Assembly: GCA_034440375.1 (NCBI GenBank)
Contig: JAWXBZ010000041.1
Coordinates: 1-52,280 of the forward strand
Source of the DNA: Candidatus Eiseniibacteriota bacterium
GTDB taxonomy: Bacteria; Eisenbacteria; RBG-16-71-46; JABDJR01; JAWXBZ01
Reading direction: 5' to 3'
Length of the DNA stretch: 52,280 bases
Shown: positions 18,681-28,716 of the stretch, piece after piece
Layout: each line of letters begins with the position of its first letter
Position numbering within the stretch: the first letter of the stretch is position 1
Position numbers and translations under genes: made by a program
The notes under the pieces: generated by a model
Told to the model about the DNA's origin: nothing
Database searches by the model: none
The model's input: the letters and a program-made list of their open reading frames with translations, nothing else

Positions 18681-21600
18681 CTACTGCGTGATCGGATCGA
18701 CGAGGGCCCGGGTGGCGGGGTCGGCGGTCCTGTCATTTTCCTCCGCCTCGGCGCGCCCGGCCAGCGGATCGAGGCCCCTCGCCAACTCGCGGCCGTCCGG
18801 CAACGCCATCGCCGGAAGCATCTCGCGCGCGTCGAGAATACCGGCGCGGCCGGACACGGCCTTTCGTCCTTCGAGCACGCCTTCGGCCTCGGACAGTTTC
18901 ACCGAAACGACCTGGCTGATGCCCGGTGTCTGCATGGTGACGCCGTAGAGCGTGTCACAGGCCTCCATCGTCTTCTTGTTGTGCGTGATGACGATGAACT
19001 GGGTGCGCGAGCTGAACTCGCGGATCATGGCCACGAAGCGATCGACATTGGCGTCATCCAGCGGCGCGTCAACTTCGTCCAGGATGCAGAACGGGCTTGG
19101 CTTCACCAGGTAGATGGCAAAGAGTAACGCAATGGCCGTCAGCGCCCGCTCGCCGCTCGAGAGCTGGGCGATCGACTGGGGCCTCTTGCCGCGCGGCTTG
19201 GCCACGATCTCGATTTCGCACTCGAGGGGATCGTCACCCACCAGCGCCAGTGAACACTCGCCGCCCTGGAACAGTACCAGGAACGTCTTCTGAAAATTTT
19301 CCTGGACCTGCCGGAACGTCGAGAGGAAAAGCTCCGCGGCCGTCGTGTTGATCTGTTGGATGGCCTCGTTCAGGGAATCGCGGGCTCGGATCAGGTCGTC
19401 GAACTGCTCCTTCAGGAAGGTGAGGCGTGTCGATTTTTCCTCGTATTCCTCGATGGCCAGCAGGTTGACGGGACCAAGGCGCTTGAGCTTGTCCTTCAGC
19501 TCGACCACGTCCGTCTCGACGACCTCGAGGACCGCGTCCTCACCCGCCTCGGTCACCGGCCAATCACGTGGCACCAGCAGCAGTTCGTTCGTCGACAGAT
19601 CGTAGTCCTCGTACAGGCGGACTTCGAGATTCCGCCACTCACCCTTCAGCTCGGTCCGCAGCAGTTCCTCACCGTGAGCCTGTTCCCGGAGTTCGGACGC
19701 CGCCTTGCGTGTTTCGCGCGCCGCACTCTCGGCTGTCTCAACCGACACGTTGAGATCGGCAACCACGCGGTCCTTCTCGGCCACCGCCAGAACGCGCCCG
19801 TCACGGCCGCCATGGAGTCGCTCGACCTCGACCGCCAGGATGGTGATGTCCTCGGCCAGCTGGATCAGCCGCTCCTCCCCCTCGGTCACATCGAGGAGGC
19901 AGCGCTCGTTATCCGCCGCCAGCTCGCGCGCGGTGGACCGGACTCTCTCGAGGCGCTCGCGGCACTCGGACAGGGCCGCCTCGCGGGTGGCCGCGGCGAT
20001 CCGGGTTTCCTGCAGCACCGACCGGGACGCCTCGCGCTCGCTGTCGAGCAGGGCGAGGCCAGTTTCTTCCCGGTGATAGGCATCCTCGGCGGTCTGGCTG
20101 TCATCCGAGGCCACGTGCAGCGCTCCCTCCAGGCGATGACGATTATCGGAAAGCGCCTCCCGCCGGGCCAGATGGGAGGCTTCGCGAAGAATGAGATCCG
20201 CCTCGCGTTCGTCGACACCGTTCCGCTCGCCCGTAAGGCGCCCGACCTCCGCCTCGCGGGCGGCCCGCTCAGCCAGGAGACCGTTGACGCGCCGACGCAC
20301 CTCCTCCAATGCGGTATCGGCCACGATCCGTTCGCCCAGAGCCTCCTGCCGGGCCCTCTCGTGGCGCTTGATGTCGAGTTCCAGTTCCTCGAGGCGGGCA
20401 CCCATATTCGCGATTTCACGCTCGCGTTCGAGAAGATCACCGCTCCGATCGCCCCCCTTGCCGCCGCCGAGGCGAACGCCGTCGAGCATTTCGCCGTCGG
20501 CCGTGACGAACCGCCAGTTCGACCACTGCTCGTCCGCGGCCAGCTCGAGCGCCCGGTCAAAGTGATCGACCACCAGCACATCGCCCAGCAGATGATCGAC
20601 CAGCACCCGGACCTCGGCCGGCGCCGTGACGAAATTGCGCGCCTGGCCAATGACACCCGGATGGGTGGGCAGGAGCGGGTGCTCCTGTGGGACCAGCCGG
20701 TCGAGAGGCAGGAAATTGACATAACCGGCCGATTCGTCGCTGAGATTTCGGATCAGGGCACGGGCGTCGTCGACGTTTCGCGTCACGACATGTTGCATCC
20801 AGCCGCCGAGAACCGGGCGCAACGCCTCGACCCATTCGGCGGGAACCCGCACCAGGTCGGCCACGGTGCCGAGGACCGCCTCTTCCTGACCATGATCGAG
20901 CATGATCCGGCGCACGCCCGGATCAAAGCCTTCGTAACTCCGGCGCAGATTCTCGAGCATGTTAAGGCTGGACGTCACCCCCGCGGCTTCCTGGCGGGCC
21001 AGCGCCTCGACCTCGGCCTCCTCGCGCGCCCGACGGTCGGCGACCCCGATGCGATCAACCAGCTCGGCTGTTGCCTGGTTCGCCGACTCGATCTGACGGA
21101 TCTGCTCGGCCACGGCCTCCTGCCCCTCGGTCAGCCGTCCCATGATCTCATCCCGGCGGATTGTCAGCCCACTCTTTTCGACCTCGAGCGCCGCCTGGGC
21201 CACCTCGATCTGAGCCAGTTCGGAGAGGCATTGACGCAGGTCGCCTTCCCGTTTCATCCGCTCCTGGAATAGGTCCAGCGAGAGTTGCTTCTTCTTGCCG
21301 ACATCCTCGCGGCGCTCGCGGAACTGGTTGTCCAGTTCGCGGAATCGGCCGTCGAGCGAAGTCAGCCGCTCGGACTCGACCGACAGTGCCGCTTCGTGAC
21401 CCTTTCGGGCCTCCTCGGCGCGGATTCCCTCGGCCTCGTTCTCCTCGCGCCGCAACGAAAGAATCGCGATCCGTTCCCTGGCCGTGTCGATCCGCTGGCG
21501 GGTGGAGGCATCGCGCTCCGAGAGGACCATGATCCGATGGTTGCGATCGGTGATTTCGCCGTCGAGGCGGGCCAGGTCTTCCCGGGCACCTGACAGCAGA

Positions 21601-22442
21601 CGATCGGCCATGATCGACTCGAGGCGGAGCTGCTCCAGGCGCCCCTCCGCGGCAATCAGCGCGGCTTCGGCAGCCAGCTCGGCGGACGACAGGGTGGCAC
21701 CCGAGTCGGCCAGAGAACCGAGACGGACCGACAGATCCGACAAACGCCGGTAGTAGAGCGACAGTTCGAGCTTCTTGAGCTCGCCCCTGATTTCCCGGTA
21801 TCGCTCGGCCTTGCCGACCTGGCGCTTCAGGCTTTCGGTTTCGCGGCCGACCTCGTGGATGATGTCGGACAGACGGGTCAGGTCGGTCTGGGTGGCCTCG
21901 AGCTTGCCGAGCGCCTCTTTCTTCCGGGTCTTGTACTTCATGATCCCCGAGGCTTCCTCGAACAGGAATCGACGGTGGCCGGTGTTATCGGAAAGCACGT
22001 TGTCGACCATCTGTCTCTCGATCACCGAGTAGGCATGGCTGCCCATTCCCGTATCCAGAAAGAGATCGCGCACGTCCTTCAAACGGCAGGGCTGGCGATT
22101 GATCGTGTACTCGGACTGCCCCGAGCGATAGAGACGGCGGCCGACCGTGACGGTGTCAAATTCGACCGGCAAGATGCCCTTGTCGTTGACCAGCGTCAGG
22201 TGAACCTCGGCCATCGACAGCGGGCGGATGTCGCGCGTGCCGTTGAAGATGACGTCTTCCATCTTGTCACCGCGGAGCTGCTTGGTGGACTGCTCGCCAA
22301 GCACCCATCGAAACGCATCGACGACGTTGCTCTTGCCGCATCCATTTGGGCCGATCACGCCAGAGATTCCCGATCCGAAGGATAACTCCAGCCGCTGGCT
22401 GAACGACTTGAAGCCGAAGACCTCGAGCTTGTCGACAAACAC
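18681..22442 (-). CDS. smc: Chromosome segregation protein SMC
   Basis: GFKSF, GPNGCGKSN, coiled coils and hinge, LGPVN, LSSGE signature, LDEVDAPLD, QFIVITH. Confidence 0.96.
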   Translation of the reverse strand: MFVDKLEVFGFKSFSQRLELSFGSGISGVIGPNGCGKSNVVDAFRWVLGEQSTKQLRGDKMEDVIFNGTRDIRPLSMAEVHLTLVNDKGILPVEFDTVTVGRRLYRSGQSEYTINRQPCRLKDVRDLFLDTGMGSHAYSVIERQMVDNVLSDNTGHRRFLFEEASGIMKYKTRKKEALGKLEATQTDLTRLSDIIHEVGRETESLKRQVGKAERYREIRGELKKLELSLYYRRLSDLSVRLGSLADSGATLSSAELAAEAALIAAEGRLEQLRLESIMADRLLSGAREDLARLDGEITDRNHRIMVLSERDASTRQRIDTARERIAILSLRREENEAEGIRAEEARKGHEAALSVESERLTSLDGRFRELDNQFRERREDVGKKKQLSLDLFQERMKREGDLRQCLSELAQIEVAQAALEVEKSGLTIRRDEIMGRLTEGQEAVAEQIRQIESANQATAELVDRIGVADRRAREEAEVEALARQEAAGVTSSLNMLENLRRSYEGFDPGVRRIMLDHGQEEAVLGTVADLVRVPAEWVEALRPVLGGWMQHVVTRNVDDARALIRNLSDESAGYVNFLPLDRLVPQEHPLLPTHPGVIGQARNFVTAPAEVRVLVDHLLGDVLVVDHFDRALELAADEQWSNWRFVTADGEMLDGVRLGGGKGGDRSGDLLEREREIANMGARLEELELDIKRHERARQEALGERIVADTALEEVRRRVNGLLAERAAREAEVGRLTGERNGVDEREADLILREASHLARREALSDNRHRLEGALHVASDDSQTAEDAYHREETGLALLDSEREASRSVLQETRIAAATREAALSECRERLERVRSTARELAADNERCLLDVTEGEERLIQLAEDITILAVEVERLHGGRDGRVLAVAEKDRVVADLNVSVETAESAARETRKAASELREQAHGEELLRTELKGEWRNLEVRLYEDYDLSTNELLLVPRDWPVTEAGEDAVLEVVETDVVELKDKLKRLGPVNLLAIEEYEEKSTRLTFLKEQFDDLIRARDSLNEAIQQINTTAAELFLSTFRQVQENFQKTFLVLFQGGECSLALVGDDPLECEIEIVAKPRGKRPQSIAQLSSGERALTAIALLFAIYLVKPSPFCILDEVDAPLDDANVDRFVAMIREFSSRTQFIVITHNKKTMEACDTLYGVTMQTPGISQVVSVKLSEAEGVLEGRKAVSGRAGILDAREMLPAMALPDGRELARGLDPLAGRAEAEENDRTADPATRALVDPITQ

Positions 22443-22483
22443 GCCTTTAACTCTCCTTTCGGGGCCGGCCGGCGGTCAGCCGG

Positions 22484-23887
22484 TCACGACCCGAGGGCCC
22501 GCGCGACAAGGCCGGGCAGCATCTCCAGTTCATCGGGAGATACGGTACGAACATCGAACAGAACGCGGTCGTTCTGAATGCGGACGATGATTGGGGGCCG
22601 GCCGGCCCGTAGCCTCTGTTCCAACTGGTCGGGCGAGAGGCCATGGGCCGTGAGGGCCACCGTCCGGGTCTTGAGCCCGGCCAGCGGCAATGCGCCTCCC
22701 CCGACAGCCCCCTCGCCTGGAATGACCGAGACGGACACTCGCCCGCGGAGGGCTTCGTTCAGTTGATCGGCCAACCGCGTCGCGGTGACCTCGAGTTCAG
22801 CCTCGGTCCGACGCAGCATGGCCAGCGTCGGGATCTCGCGCCAGGCCCGATCCGGATCGAGGAAGACCCGGAGCGTTGCCGACAGCGCGGCGAGGGAAAG
22901 TTTATCGAGCCGGACGCAGCGGGCGAGGGGATTTTCCTTGAGTCGCGAAATCAGGTCCTTCCGGCCGACCGCGAGGCCGGCCTGCGGCCCGCCGAGCAGC
23001 TTGTCGCCGCTCCAGGTGACCAGGTCGGCTCCCGCCGCCAGGCACTCGGCCACGAGCGGCTCTTTTTCGACGCCGGCATCGGCCACGTCGAGGAGCGCGC
23101 CACTTCCCACGTCGACCATGAGTGGCAGGCCGTGCGCTGCGCTGATTTCGGCCATCTCGGCCAACGACACGTCCCGGGTGAATCCATCGATTCGGTAGTT
23201 CGAGGCGTGCACCTTGAGGAGCAGTGCCGTATCCTTTGTGACGGCCTTCTCAAAATCCGCTCGGTGTGTCCTGTTGGTGGTGCCAACCTCGACCAATCGC
23301 GCGCCGCTCTTCTTCATGATGTCCGGAATGCGGAAGCTGCCACCGATCTCGACGAGTTCGCCGCGCGAAACCAGCACCTCTTTCCCCTCGGCGAGGCTGT
23401 TCAAGGCGAGCAGGACCGCCGCGGCGTTGTTGTTCACCGCCATGGCCGCCTCGGCCCCGGTCAGGAATACGAGGAGCTGATCGACATGAGCCATGCGCGA
23501 ACCACGACTGCCACGAACCAGGTCATATTCCAGATTTGAATAGCCGGCAGCGGCGGTCTGAATGGCGGAGAGCGCCGCGTCGGCAAGCGGCGCCCGACCC
23601 AGATTGGTGTGAAGGATGACACCGGTGGCATTGATCACCGGGATTGGACCAGGCGCCAGAAGCTCCCGGGCGCTGGCCTGGACCCGGGCCACCAGGGTCG
23701 CTTCCGTGACGTCCGCCATGGAACTGCCACTCAACACCTCGGTGCGGACATCGGCAAGAATCTTCCGCAAGAGGCGCACTAAACACTCGTGGCTAAACGA
23801 CTTACAGAGATACACAAGCCCGGGTGCTCGGAGAAGTGTCTCCACGGCCGGTATGGATCGGAGCTGGTCTCGAGGGATGTGGGTCAT
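22484..23887 (-). CDS. selA: L-seryl-tRNA(Sec) selenium transferase
   Basis: VINATGVILHTNLGRAPL, VNNNAAA, SRGELVEIGGSFRIPD, SGDKLLGGPQAG. Start set at ATG 23887. Confidence 0.95.
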   Translation of the reverse strand: MTHIPRDQLRSIPAVETLLRAPGLVYLCKSFSHECLVRLLRKILADVRTEVLSGSSMADVTEATLVARVQASARELLAPGPIPVINATGVILHTNLGRAPLADAALSAIQTAAAGYSNLEYDLVRGSRGSRMAHVDQLLVFLTGAEAAMAVNNNAAAVLLALNSLAEGKEVLVSRGELVEIGGSFRIPDIMKKSGARLVEVGTTNRTHRADFEKAVTKDTALLLKVHASNYRIDGFTRDVSLAEMAEISAAHGLPLMVDVGSGALLDVADAGVEKEPLVAECLAAGADLVTWSGDKLLGGPQAGLAVGRKDLISRLKENPLARCVRLDKLSLAALSATLRVFLDPDRAWREIPTLAMLRRTEAELEVTATRLADQLNEALRGRVSVSVIPGEGAVGGGALPLAGLKTRTVALTAHGLSPDQLEQRLRAGRPPIIVRIQNDRVLFDVRTVSPDELEMLPGLVARALGS

Positions 23888-23898
23888 GAATCGGATTG

Positions 23899-23945
23899 AT
23901 ACCATATGTTGTGGGTAGGGGCCAACCCTTTTCCATATGTTGGGT
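23899..23945 (-). promoter_or_regulatory. Tandem NrdR-box-like operators
   Basis: Minus-strand 16-mers CCACAACATATGGTAT (23899-23914) and ACCCAACATATGGAAA (23930-23945), 31-bp period, versus NrdR consensus acaCwAtATaTwGtgt. Confidence 0.65.
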
Positions 23946-24030
23946 CATCCCGCTTGCGATCCTGATGGCCAAACGGAGACTTGCCCAGAAAAAGGAGGCC
24001 GGTGAGACCCGAACTCGTCCTGGGAGAAGC

Positions 24031-24528
24031 CTACATCGTGAAGCGGCCGAAATCCTCGGGATCGAGCCCTTCGAGTCGTTTCCGAAGCTCCTCGGCCGAT
24101 TCCTCGGGACTCGGCTCCACCCCCGCGGGGGGACGCTCCAGGGCCTCCCCCGTGAAGATTTTTTCGGCCACGAAGATCGGAGCGCCGGCCCGCACGGCCA
24201 GGGCGATCGAGTCGGATGGCCGGGCGTCAAGGGATACGACCTCGCCATCCCGCTCCAGGATGATGCTGGCGAAAAACGTCTTCTCCTTGAGATCGCTGAT
24301 CACGACCCGTTGCACGGTGGCCTTCAGGCTCCCCACAGTGGTGAATAGCAGGTCGTGCGTCAGCGGACGGGGAAAGCGCTTTCCCTGGATCTCATTGGCG
24401 ATCGCCTGGGCTTCGAACGGGCCGATCCAGATCGGCAGGTATCGCGCTCCCTCGAGTTCCTGGAGGATGACCACCGGGCTCTTGGAAGCGTCGTCGACGA
24501 TCAGGCCAGACACCTTCACCGCGATCAT
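24031..24528 (-). CDS. Bifunctional nuclease domain protein (DUF151)
   Basis: LPIWIGPFEA, RPLTHDL, DARPSDSIALA. Confidence 0.9.
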   Translation of the reverse strand: MIAVKVSGLIVDDASKSPVVILQELEGARYLPIWIGPFEAQAIANEIQGKRFPRPLTHDLLFTTVGSLKATVQRVVISDLKEKTFFASIILERDGEVVSLDARPSDSIALAVRAGAPIFVAEKIFTGEALERPPAGVEPSPEESAEELRKRLEGLDPEDFGRFTM

Positions 24529-25751
24529 TACGAGGGCTTCTTGATCTTCAGGTCCTCGAATGTCACCAGGGCGATCTCGCGGTCGTCGAGGTGAGCCTCG
24601 AGCCAGGCACCGGCCGGAAGCAGTTTCGAGTTGGGAAAGCGGGCCTTCAGCGCTCCGAGTGCCTTCTGGGCCTTTCGCGGCTCCTCGAGTCTTGCGGCGT
24701 ATAGCCAGGCAATCCGAAGCTGGGCATCGTCGGCCAGATCGTGCTTGATAAAGTCCGTCGCGATCCGCCGCAGCACTTCAATCTGGCCGCGCTCGTTGGG
24801 CTGCATCTCCACGACTTCCCAGAGGCGTTCGACCGAATCGCTGACGCCGGTGTAGGAATCGACGGCTTCCTGGAAGATTTCCGCCTTGAACTTCGCGCGC
24901 GCGTCAAACAGGGCCGTGTTGTAAACCTCGGCCAACTTGCCGCCGGTCTGGACCCGCTTCACGATATCGTCCCGGACCTCTTCCATCGGCAGCGCGACGC
25001 CTCCTTCACGGGCCTCGCACAGAATGATGTGATAGCCCTTGGCGCCCTGAATGACCGGGCTGGTTGCCCCCGGTTGGAGGGAAAGGGCCGCCGCCAGGAA
25101 CTTCTCATCCTTGCCCAGTCCCAGGGCCCCCTCGCGCGCCGAGACGTAACCGAGCGCACCACCCAACTCCCGGGTGTTTTCGTCTTCGCTCAGCTCCCGT
25201 GCCACCTTCGAGAAATCCTCACCCATCAGGATCCGTCTGGCGGCTGTCTCGACCCGGCTCCGTTCCCTGGCCATGATGTGGCGAACCGAAACTCGGACCG
25301 GCGAGGAGTAGTTGACTTTGTACTTCTCGTAGAATTCGAGGACTTCCTCGTCGGATGGCTCCACCTGCCGGTTGACGGTGTCCTCCAGATATCGCTGGCC
25401 GAGCAGTTCCGTTTCGTACAGGTAAACCTGGCGCCGCAGGTTCTGATCCTTGTCGTAGCCGGCGTCCGCGCCTGCCTTCCCCCATACGATCTGATCGATC
25501 AGGGCCGCGAGGCCCACCTGGATGATGTCAGGGTTCTTGATCGACTCCTCGTAGCTGGATTCCCCCACACTCTCTCGAATGCGCGTTTCAACCTGTTTGG
25601 CCGTGATCAGGTAGTCGCCCACCCGGGCCAGAACGGGCGACCCGTCCGGGCTCTTGATTTTGCCGGACGAGGAACCGGAATCACGACCACAACCAAGACC
25701 TAGCAGGGTCAACAAAACGATGGGAGCCGCGAAACGGCCGGATTGACGCAT
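24528..25751 (-). CDS. PrsA/PpiC-type peptidyl-prolyl isomerase lipoprotein with C-terminal TPR-like region
   Basis: Lipobox LGLGC, VSVRHIM, FSKVARELSED, GGALG, GYHII; C-terminal ADDAQLRIA...RFPNS. Confidence 0.8.
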   Translation of the reverse strand: MRQSGRFAAPIVLLTLLGLGCGRDSGSSSGKIKSPDGSPVLARVGDYLITAKQVETRIRESVGESSYEESIKNPDIIQVGLAALIDQIVWGKAGADAGYDKDQNLRRQVYLYETELLGQRYLEDTVNRQVEPSDEEVLEFYEKYKVNYSSPVRVSVRHIMARERSRVETAARRILMGEDFSKVARELSEDENTRELGGALGYVSAREGALGLGKDEKFLAAALSLQPGATSPVIQGAKGYHIILCEAREGGVALPMEEVRDDIVKRVQTGGKLAEVYNTALFDARAKFKAEIFQEAVDSYTGVSDSVERLWEVVEMQPNERGQIEVLRRIATDFIKHDLADDAQLRIAWLYAARLEEPRKAQKALGALKARFPNSKLLPAGAWLEAHLDDREIALVTFEDLKIKKPS

Positions 25752-25780
25752 GGGAACCTGAACCTCCGGACGACTGGGAT

Positions 25781-26224
25781 CTACTTGCGGACCACCCAGA
25801 CCTTGACCTGGGCTTCGACATCGCCATGAATCTTGACGGAAACATTGTATACCCCGAGTTGCTTGAGCGGTTCGTCAAGAAGGATCTTCCGCTTGTCGAT
25901 ATCAAATCCCTGGGCATTGATCTGCTCGGCGATATCGGCCGTGGTGACCGACCCGAACAGGCGGTCCTCCTCCCCGGCTTCCATGGCGATGGTGACCGAG
26001 ACGGCCGACAGGCGCGCGGCCACATCGGTGGCCGCCTTTTTGGACTTGTTCTCGCGGACCGACCGCTGCCGCTCGGCCTCCTGGAAGATATTTCCGCTGG
26101 CGCCATCCGCGGCGATGGCCATCCGCTTCGGGAGCAAGAAGTTGCGGGCGTAGCCGGGCGAAACATTGACCCGGGCGCCCCGGGAGCCCAAGCCGCCGAC
26201 ATCTTCAAGTAGTATGATTTCCAT
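25781..26224 (-). CDS. rplI: 50S ribosomal protein L9
   Basis: MEIILLEDV..LG, GYARNFLLP, RLFGSVT. Confidence 0.96.
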   Translation of the reverse strand: MEIILLEDVGGLGSRGARVNVSPGYARNFLLPKRMAIAADGASGNIFQEAERQRSVRENKSKKAATDVAARLSAVSVTIAMEAGEEDRLFGSVTTADIAEQINAQGFDIDKRKILLDEPLKQLGVYNVSVKIHGDVEAQVKVWVVRK

Positions 26225-26252
26225 GGTCCGATCTCCTCAATGAACCGCCCGA

Positions 26253-26495
26253 TCAGCGGGCCTGGTCGTTGGTGTAGGGGAGCAGCGCCAGAACGCGGGC
26301 GCGCTTGACGGCGCGCATGATCTGGGCCTGATGACGGGCGCACGAGCCGGAGACCCGGCGCGGCACGATCTTCCCGCGGTCGGTCACGAATCGCTGCAGC
26401 TTGCGGTCATCCTTGTAGTCGACGAACGTCACTTTCTCGAAGCACAGCTTGCAGTACTTCTTTTTCGGCGCGCGCGACGATCCTTCACGAGCCAT
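26253..26495 (-). CDS. rpsR: 30S ribosomal protein S18 (Zn-binding type)
   Basis: KYCKLC, VDYKD, GKIVPRRVSGSCARHQ, ARVLALLPY; AAGGAAGG RBS before ATG 26495. Confidence 0.95.
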   Translation of the reverse strand: MAREGSSRAPKKKYCKLCFEKVTFVDYKDDRKLQRFVTDRGKIVPRRVSGSCARHQAQIMRAVKRARVLALLPYTNDQAR

Positions 26496-26528
26496 GTTGC
26501 CTTCCTTTCCATTCATCAAGTGATGACA

Positions 26529-26948
26529 TCAGAATGGGAGCTCGGTGCCCCCCGCCGGATCATCCGGCAGGTGGGCAGCGCCCCCCGGCGCATCGGCGTC
26601 GGCCGGCCGGTCGAGGAATTGGAGGCGTTCGGCGCGGACTTCCAGCACCTGCCTCTTCTGTCCTTCCGGCGTTTCCCAGCTACGGCTGGTCAGGCGTCCC
26701 TCGACGAGCAGGGAGCTCCCCTTTTTCAGTTGCTGTCCGGCCGCTTCCGCCTGCCGATCCCAGGCCACCACGGACACGTAGCAGGTTTCCTCCTGCCAGG
26801 TGCCGGCCTGGTCCTTGTAAGGCCGGTTGATCGCCAGCGCGAGCGTGGCCACCGCGTGTCCCGCCGGGGTGTAACGCACCTCGGGGTCACGGGTCAGCCG
26901 GCCGGCCAGTGTCACCCGGTTCAGAGACGGAAGTCGAACGTTCATCAT
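26529..26948 (-). CDS. ssb: Single-stranded DNA-binding protein
   Basis: LNRVTLAGRLTRDPEVRYT, VEGRL..RSWE, C-terminal ELPF; rpsF-ssb-rpsR synteny. Confidence 0.93.
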   Translation of the reverse strand: MMNVRLPSLNRVTLAGRLTRDPEVRYTPAGHAVATLALAINRPYKDQAGTWQEETCYVSVVAWDRQAEAAGQQLKKGSSLLVEGRLTSRSWETPEGQKRQVLEVRAERLQFLDRPADADAPGGAAHLPDDPAGGTELPF

Positions 26949-26958
26949 GCCCTCTGGA

Positions 26959-27315
26959 TCAGCCCTCGATCACCGCGGCGCTGGTATTGAACCCGGGGTT
27001 CATTCCGGCGCCGGAGTCGACCGGTGGAGCTTCGTACAGAACGATGATGTGGCGCAGCAGATGCTCATGCAGCTCGTACCGCCGACCGATGATCGGCAAC
27101 ACGGTCGGCTCGGCCTTGAACCGGATCAGGATGTAGATGCCTTCCTTCTTCTTCCGGATCTCGTAAGCCAGCTTGCGCCGACCCCACTTCTCCACCGCCA
27201 CCACCTCGCCACCGTTGCCGGTGACAATGTCACGGATCTTTTCGATCTCCAGCTCGACCGAGGCTTCATCGAAGTTCGGCTCGAGCACGAAGATGGTCTC
27301 GTACTCCTTGATCAT
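26959..27315 (-). CDS. rpsF: 30S ribosomal protein S6
   Basis: YETIFVL, WGRRKLAYEI, EGIY; AAGGAGAGG RBS before ATG 27315. Confidence 0.95.
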   Translation of the reverse strand: MIKEYETIFVLEPNFDEASVELEIEKIRDIVTGNGGEVVAVEKWGRRKLAYEIRKKKEGIYILIRFKAEPTVLPIIGRRYELHEHLLRHIIVLYEAPPVDSGAGMNPGFNTSAAVIEG

Positions 27316-27338
27316 CGTTTTCCTCTCCTTCACTCAAG

Positions 27339-27953
27339 TCATCGGTTGAAAGTATTCATCGCCGTGGCGAGCCCCTCGACGAGGAGCGAGCGGGCACAAT
27401 CCGCCGCCCGCGACACGAACGCGGGCAGTTCATCCTGTTCCTCGGGCTGAAACCGGTCGAGGACGAATTCCTCGGCCGGCACCCCTTCCGGCTGCGGCCC
27501 CACGCCGCATCGGATCCGCGAATAGGCGGACGAGCCGAGCGCGGCCGTAACCGACTTCAAGCCGTTGTGGCCGCCATCCGACCCATCCCCCCGCAAACGC
27601 AACCGCCCGAACGGGAGATAAAGATCGTCCACGATCAAAAGAAGGGGAAGCGCCGGTCGATCGACACCTTCCGCCTCCGCGTCCGGCTTCCAGCCGAGCG
27701 CCCGGAGCGCGGTCCCGCTCCGGTTCATGTATGTCGAGGGCTTCACGAGGCAAAGTTCGCGCGTGCCGTCCGATTCCGCCAGGTGCATCCGGAAAACCTC
27801 CGCCGGTGCGTTCGTTGGAACCTTCTCGGCGCGGCCCGATCGGAGCAGCGCGTCCACCACCATGAACCCGATGTTGTGCCGGGTGTCCGCATATCGCAGC
27901 CCCGGGTTGCCGAGGCCGACGATCCAGAATCGGTCGTCGGCGGGCGGGATCAC
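27339..27953 (-). CDS. pth: Peptidyl-tRNA hydrolase
   Basis: IVGLGNPG..Y..TRHNIGF, KPSTYMNRSG, GGHNGLKS. Confidence 0.95.
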   Translation of the reverse strand: MIPPADDRFWIVGLGNPGLRYADTRHNIGFMVVDALLRSGRAEKVPTNAPAEVFRMHLAESDGTRELCLVKPSTYMNRSGTALRALGWKPDAEAEGVDRPALPLLLIVDDLYLPFGRLRLRGDGSDGGHNGLKSVTAALGSSAYSRIRCGVGPQPEGVPAEEFVLDRFQPEEQDELPAFVSRAADCARSLLVEGLATAMNTFNR

Positions 27954-28636
27954 TTCTTGTCCTTGTCCTTTCCTTCGGCCTCGCCCTTGGCCGCATCGTC
28001 TTCCTTCTTCTTTCCAATGACTTCCGGCTCAGCCGCGGCAACGCCTTCCTCGCCCGGCGTCGCCGTCTTCTCGACCTGCGGCGACACGATGGTGACCACG
28101 AGCTGGTCCGGGTCATTGATCAACCGTCCGTTGGGCACGGTGATGTCGCGGACATGGATCGAGTCGTGAATCATGAGTGGCGCCACGTCGACCACGATTT
28201 CATCGGGAATGTCGGTCGGAAGGCATTCGACTTCCAGCGTGCGCATGATGAACTCGAGAATGCCCCCGAAGTCCTTGACACCGATGGAGAGCCCCGACAC
28301 GTGCACCGGCACGTCGACCGTGATCATCTGGGTCATCGAGATGTGCATGAGATCGATGTGGGTGATGCGTCCTGAAAGCGGATCCTTCTGGAGCTCACGG
28401 ACCAGTGCCTTCCGATCAACAGTTTCCTGGCCGGCCAGCTTCAGATCGAGAATGACGTTGGCACCGGCGTGACTGTGAAGAACCGAAAGGAGTTCCTTGG
28501 CGCCGACGCTGATCGCCAGGCTCTCCTCCCCCTTCCCGTAGATGACACCCGGTGTCTTGCCCTGGCGCCGGGACTCACGCGCGGCTCCCTTGCCGCGCCG
28601 GTCACGAACCTCGCCGTTGAGAGTGATGATGGCCAT
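27950..28636 (-). CDS. rplY: 50S ribosomal protein L25/Ctc
   Basis: GKGAAR..RR.G..PGVIYG, HIDL, GVK.GG, CLPTDIP, EPEVI tail. Confidence 0.93.
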   Translation of the reverse strand: MAIITLNGEVRDRRGKGAARESRRQGKTPGVIYGKGEESLAISVGAKELLSVLHSHAGANVILDLKLAGQETVDRKALVRELQKDPLSGRITHIDLMHISMTQMITVDVPVHVSGLSIGVKDFGGILEFIMRTLEVECLPTDIPDEIVVDVAPLMIHDSIHVRDITVPNGRLINDPDQLVVTIVSPQVEKTATPGEEGVAAAEPEVIGKKKEDDAAKGEAEGKDKDKK

Positions 28637-28716
28637 GTTACGTTCCTTTCCTGTCGAGATGAATCGCGCCGCGCGGCGCGATCTTTGAGGTACTGCTCCA
28701 CTACCGGGCTATCGCG

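Noticed and set aside
19356-21272. Long antisense ORFs (this one, 8772-10412, 14897-16468, 38529-39911, 49068-50495, 50776-52158)
   Set aside because: Shadow ORFs of real genes in high-GC DNA, without recognisable motifs.
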